Part shown: positions 18,466-27,665 of the stretch, in pieces
How the letters are laid out: every line of letters starts with the position of its first letter
How positions within the stretch are numbered: position 1 is the stretch's first letter
DNA from: Parcubacteria group bacterium
GTDB lineage: Bacteria; Patescibacteriota; Patescibacteriia; UBA1558; GWA2-36-10
Reading direction: 5' to 3'
DNA length: 64,000 nucleotides
Assembly (NCBI GenBank): GCA_003104935.1
Contig: PQAE01000007.1
Span: forward strand, 47,221-111,220
The notes under the pieces: generated by a model
What the model was told of the DNA's origin: nothing
The model's input: only the letters and a program-made list of their open reading frames with translations
Database searches by the model: none
Translations under genes and position numbers: made by a program

Positions 18466-18882
18466 ATGACTATGAAAATATATTTTGCCGGATCCATCCG
18501 CTCGGGTCGTCAGGATCGCGACTGGTACAGACAAATTATTGAACTCCTCAAAAACTACGGCCGGGTTTTAACTGAGCATATCGGCGATCCTAAAATTACC
18601 GGCCAGGGTGAGCATTGGCTAGATGATCAGGTAATCTTTAAACGGGACATCGAGTGGCTTTTGGAAGCCGATGTTTTAGTAGCTGATATCACACAACCGA
18701 GCACCGGCGTTGGCTACGAGATAGCACGGGCTGAACAGGCTACTAAAAAAGTGCTTTGCCTGTTCCGAAAAAATAGTAAGACCTCATTGTCTGGCATGAT
18801 TAACGGTAATAAAAAAATCACTACCAAGCTATATTCAAATATGGAGGATGTTAAAACTATCCTAGAACAATTTTTTCAATAG
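18466..18882 (+). CDS. nucleoside 2-deoxyribosyltransferase-like protein (DNPH1/Rcl-like)
   Basis: MKIYFAGSIRSGRQDRDWY... is the characteristic N-terminal motif of this family. Confidence 0.65.
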   Translation: MTMKIYFAGSIRSGRQDRDWYRQIIELLKNYGRVLTEHIGDPKITGQGEHWLDDQVIFKRDIEWLLEADVLVADITQPSTGVGYEIARAEQATKKVLCLFRKNSKTSLSGMINGNKKITTKLYSNMEDVKTILEQFFQ

Positions 18883-18883
18883 T

Positions 18884-19207
18884 ATGCCGGCAAAATTGAT
18901 TTTTTTCAGCTTAATTATTCTGGCCGTATTTTTAGAAGTAGTCGGTGATACCTATCTAAAAAAATGGTCTCTGGAAAGTAAAAATTTATGGCTCCTTATT
19001 GGCCTGCTAATTTATTTTGTCGGCTCCATTTTTTGGATAGTTTCCCTGAAATATGATTATCTCTCCCGAGCCATTACTATCTTTACAGTACTCAACCTCA
19101 TCTTAGTGGTCCTGGTCGGTGTTTTGTATTTTAAAGAGGACTTATCTTTGATTAACAAATTCGGCATTGCTCTCGCTGTCCTCAGTGTGATCTTAATCGA
19201 ACTATAA
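18884..19207 (+). CDS. small DMT/SMR-like membrane protein
   Basis: 107 aa, four predicted transmembrane helices, EamA/SMR-like. Confidence 0.5.
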   Translation: MPAKLIFFSLIILAVFLEVVGDTYLKKWSLESKNLWLLIGLLIYFVGSIFWIVSLKYDYLSRAITIFTVLNLILVVLVGVLYFKEDLSLINKFGIALAVLSVILIEL

Positions 19208-19214
19208 CTATAGA

Positions 19215-19262
19215 ATATTATTTATCAAGAGCCGCCGCCGCGTCAGACGCGGCGGCGGCTTT
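19215..19262. terminator. bidirectional terminator
   Basis: GCCGCCGCCGCGTCAGACGCGGCGGCGGC perfect hairpin followed by TTTATT. Confidence 0.65.
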
Positions 19263-19289
19263 ATTAATCATAAAAAAGGTAATCCCATT

Positions 19290-19697
19290 CTAATTGAAGT
19301 TTATCTTAAAACTATACATACCCATACCACAGAGGCCTTGCATCGTACCCTTGGCCTGATCGGCGACAATAGCTATTTCTTTGACCCCGGTAGGCTCCAG
19401 GCTACCCCGCCAGCCAAGCTTAGGAATTACCAAGCTGGACGAACAATCATAAGTGCCGTTGGTAGAAACTCTCAAAGTAGTGGCTATATTTGCCTTAGCG
19501 TCGATTACCCGAGGAGTGTAGCCGCCTTTGGCGGTGATATCAATCACTTGCTTATCGCCGATTTGCGAAACTACGTTTGATACTCCTACATCAGATTTAT
19601 CATTAGCCGGCTCGCCTCCCAGGGTAAAGCCGACACCGATAGCGCCGCCCAAAACTACGATGGCTATAATTATAAAAAATATGTTTTTACTTTTCAT
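19290..19697 (-). CDS. secreted hypothetical protein, last gene of the copper cluster; start assigned to the ATG at 19697 (MKSKNIFF...)
   Basis: Signal-peptide-like N-terminus; C-terminal QGLCGMGMYSF. The ORF-track start at 19712 is a TTG. The ATG lies inside the inverted-repeat arm GATCTTTAACGGGATGAA. Confidence 0.5.
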   Translation of the reverse strand: MKSKNIFFIIIAIVVLGGAIGVGFTLGGEPANDKSDVGVSNVVSQIGDKQVIDITAKGGYTPRVIDAKANIATTLRVSTNGTYDCSSSLVIPKLGWRGSLEPTGVKEIAIVADQAKGTMQGLCGMGMYSFKINFN

Positions 19698-19802
19698 CCC
19701 GTTAAAGATCAAATGATTAAATAATTTACAAGTAAATTATTATGCTAAATTTTATAACCGCCAGTGATATGTTTTAAAAAAGATCTCTAACGGGCTTCAT
19801 AT

Positions 19803-20822
19803 TTATAAATTAAAAATAGGATTGATAATACCGGCTACCGCCAGCAGATTAAGCAGATTAAATATGGCCATGGCCATAACTATCAGTCCGGCTGTCTTAA
19901 AAAATATCCCTTGCCAGGGTTTGCTGATAATGCTGAAGGAACTAAAAGATAATAGGGACAACATCGGCAAGGTGCCCAACACAAAAATAAGCATCGTCAA
20001 TGCCCCTTTAAAAAAACTGCCGGTAGATAAAGCGTAAATTTGCATAGATTGCGTAAAACCGCAGGGCATAAAAAAAGTCAGCCCACCCACTAAAAACGGG
20101 GTAAAAAAATTAAATACTTCCCGCGGCGCCAAAACTTTTTTAGCAATATGTTTGGGCATAACTATTTGAAACTTTTGCGTAAAATCTGTTAAATCCAAAA
20201 GGTTAAAACCTAAGACTAGCATCACCAACCCGACTACCATACTAATAATTAAATTAACAGTCCAGTTTAGATGCAAGGCACTGCCGATAGTGCCGATCAC
20301 TCCGCCCAGCACAAAAAAAGTTAGCAGGCGTCCCAGGTGAAACATGATTTGGGTGCGGGCTTTGGCTCCGCTTTTAGCATAAGAAGCTGACAGTGATAAA
20401 ACCAGACCACCGACTATTGCCAGGCAAGTGGAGACTGAAGCGATAAGCCCGATTACTAAAGCCGTGGAATAACTGACATTATTGCCGCTCACTAGATTAA
20501 CCAGCCCTAGTTTTTGTAGCCAGATAAAAACAGCAATTAGGGTGGTAGCCATGGGTAGGGCATAATAAAACTCCGACCAAACAATGGTTTTTTTTGTTTT
20601 GTTAGTAGATAAGGTATAACCGTCTGATTTTAAGATCAGATTTAAATCTTGAATTACTTTTTCTTGGTCTCCAATCAAATTGCCGGTGATTATTATTTCC
20701 CGGCGTGCCAAATCAGCCCGAGCGCTCGTTACTCCCGGATATTCTTTGAGCCGGTCGTCAATGAGCATGACGCAGGCGCGACAATGCATGCCACTAACGT
20801 AAAATTTATATGTTTGTTCCAT
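19803..20822 (-). CDS. heavy-metal-associated (HMA) domain fused to a CcdA/DsbD-like cytochrome c biogenesis transmembrane domain
   Basis: YKFYVSGMHCRACVMLIDDRLKEYPGV (HMA, MxCxxC) followed by a multi-pass membrane region; start taken at MEQTYK, 1 nt after the copA stop. Confidence 0.65.
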   Translation of the reverse strand: MEQTYKFYVSGMHCRACVMLIDDRLKEYPGVTSARADLARREIIITGNLIGDQEKVIQDLNLILKSDGYTLSTNKTKKTIVWSEFYYALPMATTLIAVFIWLQKLGLVNLVSGNNVSYSTALVIGLIASVSTCLAIVGGLVLSLSASYAKSGAKARTQIMFHLGRLLTFFVLGGVIGTIGSALHLNWTVNLIISMVVGLVMLVLGFNLLDLTDFTQKFQIVMPKHIAKKVLAPREVFNFFTPFLVGGLTFFMPCGFTQSMQIYALSTGSFFKGALTMLIFVLGTLPMLSLLSFSSFSIISKPWQGIFFKTAGLIVMAMAIFNLLNLLAVAGIINPIFNL

Positions 20823-20823
20823 T

Positions 20824-23073
20824 TTATAATTTTTTAGTTTTAAGTCTAAGAGAATTACTGACAACCGACACGCTAGACAGAGCCATGGCTAATCCAGCTA
20901 AGACTGGTGACAAAACCCAGCCAAATATAGGATAAAATAATCCGCTAGCTATGGGAATGCCAATAATATTATAGATAAAAGCCCAAAAAAGATTTTGCTT
21001 GACCGTGGCCATAGTCAGACGGGAAAGTTTGATGGCCTGGGCAATCTTACTAATATCGCCATTGAGCAGAGTAACGTCGCTGGTTTCAATAGAGACGTCG
21101 GTGCCGGTAGACATAGTCAGACCGACGTCAGCCTGCGCCAGAGCCGGAGCATCGTTTACCCCGTCGCCCGCCATAGCCACTACTTGCCCCTGGCTTTGCA
21201 GAGCTTTAATTTTAGCTAGTTTATCAGCCGGCATAGTTTGAGCTAATACTTCATCAATTCCCAATTGATCGGCGATATTTTGGGCGGCACGCTGATTATC
21301 ACCGGTAGCCATAATCACCCGGGTGCCGGATTGGTGCAAATTATCAATAGCGGCCTTGGCCTCCGGTTTTAATTTGTCGCCAATATTGACCTGGGCTAAC
21401 AATTGTTTCTCGGTAGTTAAATACACTATAGTCTGGTTGTTTCTATCGTCACTACCAGCCAATTTAAATTTGGCCAATAGGGCCGGACCACCGACATAAT
21501 AGTTCTGCCCCTCCACTTTTCCGCTGATGCCTTGCCCAGGCAAATTTTTGAAATCCGTCGTTTTGAGTAAATTGATTTTTTTGCTGATAGCGTTCTGAAC
21601 AATGCATTCGCCCAAGGGATGTTCGGAATTTTTTTCCAACGAAGCTAAAATTTGCAAAGCTTTATCTGAATCTAACTGGGCTAAAGTTTTTAGAGAAATT
21701 AATTCCGGCCGACCGACAGTCAGGGTTCCTGTTTTGTCTATCACTAGGGTTGTAACCTTGTGTAATTTTTCTAAAACCTCGGCGTTTTTGATCAAGATGC
21801 CGTTGCTCGCCCCCTTGCCCACGCCGACGATAATCGCCGTGGGCGTAGCCAGACCCAAGGCACAGGGACAGGCAATAATAAGGACACCGACAAAACTAGT
21901 CAATCCAAAAGATAAAGCTTCACTAAAAACCATATAACGGGAACCTATCAGCAACCAAGAGGCTACAGATAAAAAAGAAATAATTAACACCGCCGGCACA
22001 AAAATTGCCGCGATTTTGTCCGCTAATTTTTGGATCGGCGCTTTGGATCCCTGGGCATCTTCCACCATTTTTATAATATGGGCTAAGAGCGTTTCCGATC
22101 CGACATTGGTTGCTTTCAGGGTAAAAGATCCGGTGGTATTAATTGTGCCGGCCGCTACCTTATCACCGACATTTTTTGACACCGGCATGGGCTCGCCGGT
22201 GAGCATAGATTCGTTAATATTTGAATGACCGTCGGTAATAATTCCGTCCACCGGTACTTTCATGCCCGGTTTGACTAAAATCAAATCGCCATGTTGCACT
22301 TGATCAATAAAAATTTCCTGCTCTTTCCCATTGCGAACAATCAAGGCGGTCTTTACCTGTAGACCCATTAACTTCTTGATCGCCTCGCCGGTTTTTAATT
22401 TTGCCCGCGCTTCCAAATATTTTCCTAGAGTAATCAAACCTATAACGATGATAGTAACATCATAATAAGTATGTTCGATATTGATATAATTTCTTAGCGA
22501 CTGTCCGAAAACCGAAACCACAAAACTATAGAGAAAGGCGGCTAGTGTGCCGATGCCTACCAGAGTGTCCATATTAGCCGCGCCACGCCGGATAAAAATC
22601 CAAACTCCCCGCAAATATTGTCGGCCGATAAAAAATAAGGAGTAGGCCGCCAATAAGGGCATTAACCACATTAGCAAGCTGGTCAGGGCAAACGGCATTT
22701 CCGGAATAAGTTTAATCCCGGACGATAAATCCCAAACCATGAACAAGGCGCTAATAATGACTAGGGGCATGGCGATTTGCACTTTGTGCCGCAAGCTACC
22801 CAGCTCCTGCTGTTTCAGCATTTTACTGTGGTCATGACCGGGCATAGACATCTGATCAGTCCCGGATTCCTCAAAGGTGTACCCTAAAGGTTTGATTACC
22901 GCCGATAATTTTGTCAAATCGGTAATCTGTGAATCAAAGTCTAGTTGGGCCTTTTCTGTGCCATAACTGACAGCCACTGATTTTACACCGGCTTGTTTTT
23001 GTAATTTTCTTTCTATGATGCTGGCACACGAAGCGCAGTGCATCCCTCTAATTTGATATGTATTACCTGACAT
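20824..23073 (-). CDS. copA: copper-translocating P1B-type ATPase
   Basis: N-terminal HMA GMHCASCASII; CPCALGLATP; DKTGTLT; GDGVNDAPAL; 749 aa. Confidence 0.9.
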   Translation of the reverse strand: MSGNTYQIRGMHCASCASIIERKLQKQAGVKSVAVSYGTEKAQLDFDSQITDLTKLSAVIKPLGYTFEESGTDQMSMPGHDHSKMLKQQELGSLRHKVQIAMPLVIISALFMVWDLSSGIKLIPEMPFALTSLLMWLMPLLAAYSLFFIGRQYLRGVWIFIRRGAANMDTLVGIGTLAAFLYSFVVSVFGQSLRNYINIEHTYYDVTIIVIGLITLGKYLEARAKLKTGEAIKKLMGLQVKTALIVRNGKEQEIFIDQVQHGDLILVKPGMKVPVDGIITDGHSNINESMLTGEPMPVSKNVGDKVAAGTINTTGSFTLKATNVGSETLLAHIIKMVEDAQGSKAPIQKLADKIAAIFVPAVLIISFLSVASWLLIGSRYMVFSEALSFGLTSFVGVLIIACPCALGLATPTAIIVGVGKGASNGILIKNAEVLEKLHKVTTLVIDKTGTLTVGRPELISLKTLAQLDSDKALQILASLEKNSEHPLGECIVQNAISKKINLLKTTDFKNLPGQGISGKVEGQNYYVGGPALLAKFKLAGSDDRNNQTIVYLTTEKQLLAQVNIGDKLKPEAKAAIDNLHQSGTRVIMATGDNQRAAQNIADQLGIDEVLAQTMPADKLAKIKALQSQGQVVAMAGDGVNDAPALAQADVGLTMSTGTDVSIETSDVTLLNGDISKIAQAIKLSRLTMATVKQNLFWAFIYNIIGIPIASGLFYPIFGWVLSPVLAGLAMALSSVSVVSNSLRLKTKKL

Positions 23074-23235
23074 AATTGTTACCGATTAATATGCTATATC
23101 TATAGGGAAGCGAAGCCTCGAGCGTAGTCGAGAGGAGAGGCACAGTGCATGCCCTGAATTTTATATGTGTTGGTACCCATATTTTTATATATCGCATCCC
23201 CCGCGCAAGCGGGGCCCAAAAAAACAAATTAATAA

Positions 23236-23502
23236 TTATTTGCGCTTTAGTTTATAAACCTTAAGAATCTCACTTTTGGCCTTAGCGGTTTGTCCGGCCT
23301 GCATCTGATGGATAACACAATGCCCCAAATGGCTTTCCATCATCAAATCCTCAATATTGGAAAGAGCTTGCTTGACCGCCGAGGTCTGAGTGATGATGTC
23401 AATGCAGTATTTACCCCGGGCGACCATTTCCTGCAAACCGCGAATCTGCCCTTCGACTATTTTCAGCCGGCGAATTAACTTCTTTTGATTGGAGTTTAAC
23501 AT
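23236..23502 (-). CDS. csoR: CsoR/RcnR family metal-sensing transcriptional repressor
   Basis: ...KKLIRRLKIVEGQIRGLQEMVARGKYCIDIITQTSAVKQAL...HLGHCV (DUF156; C-H-C ligand set). Start taken at MLNSNQ; an alternative ATG at 23514 overlaps the operator. Confidence 0.75.
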   Translation of the reverse strand: MLNSNQKKLIRRLKIVEGQIRGLQEMVARGKYCIDIITQTSAVKQALSNIEDLMMESHLGHCVIHQMQAGQTAKAKSEILKVYKLKRK

Positions 23503-23512
23503 ATTTAATAAC

Positions 23513-23532
23513 ATACACCCCCTGGGGGGTAT
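23513..23532. promoter_or_regulatory. CsoR-type operator palindrome
   Basis: ATACACCCCCTGGGGGGTAT is a perfect GC-rich inverted repeat of the CsoR-box type (TACCC-N-GGGTA), sited at the csoR start. Confidence 0.55.
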
Positions 23533-23593
23533 TGTCAAATATAAAACAAAAAACCACGAAGCCGATTTGACTTCGTGGTTTGGCCCTAACGGG

Positions 23594-23923
23594 CTAAGAT
23601 TTTTGACGCCTGACGACTCTGATATTGGCGCTGAAGTTGCCCTTGGTCTCGTGGCTCTGCTGACAACGCTCACTGCAGTAAAAGAAAACTCGCCAGAACG
23701 GCAAGCCGTCACGCGTGCCGCTACGCCACTTCACGGCCACTACCGGATCGCCAGGAGTGATGAACTTCTCCCCTTCGGCCACGGGATGGTTCTTGCAAAC
23801 CACGATATCGCCGTTAACGATCAACTGACGCCAGTGTCCTCGTTCGGGCAAAAAAAGCAAGATACTTTCATCAAACAGCCCCTTATAGACTGCGGGTTGC
23901 GGCAAGCTCTTATTACTCGGCAT
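23594..23923 (-). CDS. YHS/TRASH-type metal-binding domain protein (GC-rich)
   Basis: ...DPVVAVKWRSGTRDGLPFWRVFFYCSERCQQ matches the YHS/TRASH pattern (DPVCGM...YYFCSxxC); upstream of csoR-copA on the same strand. Confidence 0.45.
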   Translation of the reverse strand: MPSNKSLPQPAVYKGLFDESILLFLPERGHWRQLIVNGDIVVCKNHPVAEGEKFITPGDPVVAVKWRSGTRDGLPFWRVFFYCSERCQQSHETKGNFSANIRVVRRQKS

Positions 23924-24183
23924 TGCGGACCTCCTTTGAGACGAACTAAAGACGGCGCTATCTTAAAATAAAAATCCAATAAAGTCAAAATAGAAAAGCC
24001 AGCCATGGGCAATCATAAAAAAAATGGTCGTCCTGCTGCCTGTCCGCCTTTGGTGGAGGACTCGGACCTAGGACCCCCACATTACCCGCCGTCGCTAAAG
24101 TTCTGGCAGGCAGGTAAGTGTGGCCTTATTTATTTTATTACTATCTTCACTAGCGGCGGGCCATCCGCAGCCTTGGTGAAGAA

Positions 24184-24261
24184 TGGTGCGCATAGATGGA
24201 TTTGAACCATCGACCCCCACATTATAAGTGTGATGCTCTAACCAAGCTGAGCTATATGCGC
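24184..24261 (-). tRNA. tRNA-Ile (anticodon UAU)
   Basis: Minus strand GCGCATA-TA-GCTC-AGCTTGGTTA-GAGC-A-TCACA-CTTATAA-TGTGG-GGGTC-GATGG-TTCAAAT-CCATC-TATGCGC-A-CCA: perfect acceptor stem, canonical T-loop, anticodon TAT. Confidence 0.8.
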
Positions 24262-24313
24262 AAAAAATAAAAGGCTATAACAATTATAGTGAAGATATGA
24301 CCTTTTGTGAAGC

Positions 24314-25429
24314 CTAAAGTGTATTATTTATTATTCTGAGTTTATCGCTCAGTTTTTCCAAAATAATTTCTTTAGCACCATCCAGAGTGTGCCCCAAGAC
24401 AATCTGGGCAAAACGCCGATGTCCTTTGGGATTAAACTCCCTGACTAGTTCCAGGGCATCGACATTATCGATAGTGTAGAGCCAAACCTCGGTCTGGTCC
24501 AGGGCTAATTGGTAAAAGATAGCCGCAACTTGTGTCTCGGGATTGGCTAGGATCAGATCGCGGACTAAATCCTGAAAGTCCTGAGGCAGGTTTTCTAATT
24601 CTTCATGCTTTAAAAAAGAAGTAATGACGTGCTCGCTTTGGCTCAAACGAGATAAAACTCGTCCCCAATTTTTTAAAGTCTTGATGTCCTTGGTACGATA
24701 AAGCGACTCTATAATCAACTCCCGATTAGCCCCCTGCACGATCAATTGGCTGGCCAGCTCCAAAGTGGCTGGTGTAACCTGGGAAGACTGAAAACTGTTA
24801 GTAGCGGCGATCATGCCGCCCAAGAGATTAGTAGCGATGTTTTTATCCAGCTCCCCAGCCATCAGCCCATAGCTGATCTCCGCCAGCGAAGTGGCCTTGG
24901 CATCAATAATATTTAGCTGGCCATAATTTTCATTAATCACCGATCGGTCGATATTGATCACCGGGACCTCATGAAAAAAATGTCGATGTTCGCTAAAAAC
25001 GTGACCTAAGAGCTCCAAACTAACCGCTCCCAAAACTAGTACCAAATCATATTTATAATCACCTTGCTCGGTACGGACATCTCCGGCGCTAAAAACGCCG
25101 CCGTCGGATACAATATTTATTTCCAAGGCCTGGCCCCGGACATCATAGCTAAGCTGTTTGACCTGAGTCCGAGAAACGTCCAACACTATTTTAAAACGAT
25201 TTAAATTTTCCAGTTTTTGAATCCAATCTATTTTTTCCGGCAAAAAAGCAAAGCGATGGACCGTGCCGTCAAAGACCACCTCCGCCGGTTTATTTTTCTT
25301 GGCAAAATAAAGCCACCAAGCGGCCGCCGTGCAAATCACATCCGTATTAGGATTGGCCGGACCGGCGACCAAAATACTGCGGGCTCCTGCTACTAAAGTT
25401 TTAAATTCTTGGTGACTGGTATCAGGCAT
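24314..25429 (-). CDS. DHH-family phosphoesterase-like protein (NrnA-like), DHH motif degenerate
   Basis: 371 aa with DHH/DHHA1-like architecture, but no canonical DHH motif or GGGH signature. Confidence 0.45.
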   Translation of the reverse strand: MPDTSHQEFKTLVAGARSILVAGPANPNTDVICTAAAWWLYFAKKNKPAEVVFDGTVHRFAFLPEKIDWIQKLENLNRFKIVLDVSRTQVKQLSYDVRGQALEINIVSDGGVFSAGDVRTEQGDYKYDLVLVLGAVSLELLGHVFSEHRHFFHEVPVINIDRSVINENYGQLNIIDAKATSLAEISYGLMAGELDKNIATNLLGGMIAATNSFQSSQVTPATLELASQLIVQGANRELIIESLYRTKDIKTLKNWGRVLSRLSQSEHVITSFLKHEELENLPQDFQDLVRDLILANPETQVAAIFYQLALDQTEVWLYTIDNVDALELVREFNPKGHRRFAQIVLGHTLDGAKEIILEKLSDKLRIINNTL

Positions 25430-25700
25430 ATTTTATTTATTTGACTTTTCAGAATAACTTATTAACAGCAGTTTGTCAATCATTTATTTAAAATCCGAAC
25501 CATAATCTGCCCGGTTTGTCTAGAGTCTGACCAATCCGTTATTATTGACTTTAAGTATAAAATATTGTAAGGTGAGAGCGACTAAAAAATTTTAGCAAAT
25601 GCGCATTAGGCGCCTTTTTAAATAAAATCATTCATCCCGTTAGAGATATAGAGCACAATTCTAAGGGGTAAAGTGAATTTAAACATTAATCTCTAACGGG

Positions 25701-27665
25701 ATGAACGTCAGCGCCCTGGCCCGACAACTTAAAGTGACAGTCAGCGAACTTCTGGAAAAATTGCCGGAGCTGGGTTTTGACGTCGGAGCCCGCGCCATAA
25801 AAATCGATGACAAGCTGGTACCGAAGATTATAGAAGCCTGGCGCCGGGCTGACCGCAAAGAAAGTTTCAAAAAAGAACTTTCCCAAATCGAGGAAAGAGG
25901 CCGGGAAAAAAACGACGAAAAAACTGTAGTAGAAAAACAGATCTCCGTCGGCGAAACCATAGTTGTTAAAGATATGGCTGAACTGATGAAACTGCCTGTA
26001 GCCCGACTGATGGGTGAGTTGATGAAAAACGGAATCATGGTTTCTCTAAATGAAAAAGTCGATTTTGATACGGCCACTATCATTGCTGAGGATTTGGGCT
26101 TTAAAGTCGTAAAAACCGATCACGAAGCTCTGGAAGAAATAAGTAAAAAAGCACGCTTGGCTGAATTACTAACGGAAAGAACAGCCACTATCACCAAACC
26201 ACCTGTGGTTGTGGTAATGGGCCATGTCGATCACGGCAAAACTAAACTACTCGATGCTATCCGGTCAACTAATGTGGTAGATCAAGAGGCCGGCGGTATT
26301 ACCCAGCATATCGGTGCCTATCAGGTAGAAACCAAAGGCAAGTTGATCACTTTTTTGGATACGCCCGGACATGAGGCTTTTAAGGCTATGCGTAGCCGCG
26401 GCGGACAAATCGCCGATATCGCTATCTTAGTAGTAGCGGCCGATGACGGCCTGCAACCACAGACTCTGGAAAGCATTTCGGTAATCCAAAAAGAGAGCTT
26501 ATCTTTTATAGTAGCGATTAATAAAATTGACAAAGAAGGCGCCGATCCAGACCGCATCAAACAACAACTGACCGAATTAAATCTAACTCCTGAAGACTGG
26601 GGCGGCAAAACCGTTACCTGTCTGATTTCCGCCAAACAAAAACAGGGCATTAGCGAACTATTAGACCTGGTGTTGCTCATCGCCGATATGGAAAACCTGC
26701 GCGCCGATACGGAAGGGTCGGCCATCGGCACGATCATCGAATCCCATATTGATAAAAGCGCTGGTCCGGTGACCACAGTGCTGGTCCAAGCCGGAACTTT
26801 GCGTGTGGGTGATATGTTTATCGTCGGCGAAGTGCCAGGTAAGATAAAAACTCTACAAAATTGGATGGCTAAGGATGTGGCCGCGGCCACTCCGGGTATG
26901 CCTGTTAAAATACTAGGCTTAAAACTATCCCCAGCTGTGGGCGAAATATTACAGGTTATCTCTGACAAAAAACAATTTAAAGACAAACTAAAGAATCTCA
27001 GCCACCGAGGTCACACTTCCAACAATAACGTCAAACAAAGCGAAGACGAAGACCGTGCCGATGTGACTGTTCTCAACCTGATCATTAAATCCGACGTTTT
27101 GGGCTCGGCCGAAGCCATCGAAGAAGCCCTGTCAAAAATCAAGGTGTCTGACACCAAAGTTAAGGTTATCAAAAAAGGCCTGGGCCAAATTACCGACGCC
27201 GATATTTTGCAGGCCGAAGCTACCGGCGCCATGGTCATCGGCTTTCATATCAAAGAAAATAAGAGTCTGATTTCGCTGATAGATCAAAAAGGCGTCATTG
27301 TCCTCTATTTTGATATTATCTATAAACTACTGGAACACATCGAGGAAACCCTTCAAAATATCAGGGGCAAAAAAACGATTCATAAATTTATCGGCCGCAT
27401 GGAAGTCTTGGCCATCTTTAAAACCACCAAAAAGGGCATGATCGTCGGCGGTAAGGTCATTGAAGGAAAAATAACCAAAAACGCCAAAATTAAGGTCTTG
27501 AAAAGTGGCGAGGTAGAAACCATCGGCCAGCTGATCAATCTCCAAGCCGGCAAGGAAAACGTTTCCGAAGTAATCAGCGGCACCCAGGCCGGTATCGAAT
27601 ATCACGGCGACCCGATCATCGCAGTGGGCGATACATTGGAATTTTTTGAAGAGATCTATGAGTAA
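25701..27665 (+). CDS. infB: translation initiation factor IF-2
   Basis: IF2_N (KVTVSELLEKL); G-domain VVVMGHVDHGKTKLLD, DTPGHEAF, NKID. Confidence 0.9.
   Translation: MNVSALARQLKVTVSELLEKLPELGFDVGARAIKIDDKLVPKIIEAWRRADRKESFKKELSQIEERGREKNDEKTVVEKQISVGETIVVKDMAELMKLPVARLMGELMKNGIMVSLNEKVDFDTATIIAEDLGFKVVKTDHEALEEISKKARLAELLTERTATITKPPVVVVMGHVDHGKTKLLDAIRSTNVVDQEAGGITQHIGAYQVETKGKLITFLDTPGHEAFKAMRSRGGQIADIAILVVAADDGLQPQTLESISVIQKESLSFIVAINKIDKEGADPDRIKQQLTELNLTPEDWGGKTVTCLISAKQKQGISELLDLVLLIADMENLRADTEGSAIGTIIESHIDKSAGPVTTVLVQAGTLRVGDMFIVGEVPGKIKTLQNWMAKDVAAATPGMPVKILGLKLSPAVGEILQVISDKKQFKDKLKNLSHRGHTSNNNVKQSEDEDRADVTVLNLIIKSDVLGSAEAIEEALSKIKVSDTKVKVIKKGLGQITDADILQAEATGAMVIGFHIKENKSLISLIDQKGVIVLYFDIIYKLLEHIEETLQNIRGKKTIHKFIGRMEVLAIFKTTKKGMIVGGKVIEGKITKNAKIKVLKSGEVETIGQLINLQAGKENVSEVISGTQAGIEYHGDPIIAVGDTLEFFEEIYE

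Noticed and set aside
20995-22228. Plus-strand ORFs inside copA
   Set aside because: Antisense to the P-type ATPase gene, which has all canonical motifs on the minus strand.
24005-24183. Second tRNA next to tRNA-Ile
   Set aside because: It shares GACCCCCACATTA with the tRNA gene, but no T-loop (TTCRANY) or 7-bp acceptor pairing can be drawn on either strand.
23489-24205. ORFs 23489-23971(+), 23821-24012(-) and 24005-24205(+)
   Set aside because: GC-rich region. 23489-23971(+) lies on the strand opposite the YHS/TRASH-type gene and the CsoR operator, and 23821-24012(-) overlaps the YHS gene in another frame. 24005-24205 covers the non-coding GC stretch and the tRNA-Ile gene.
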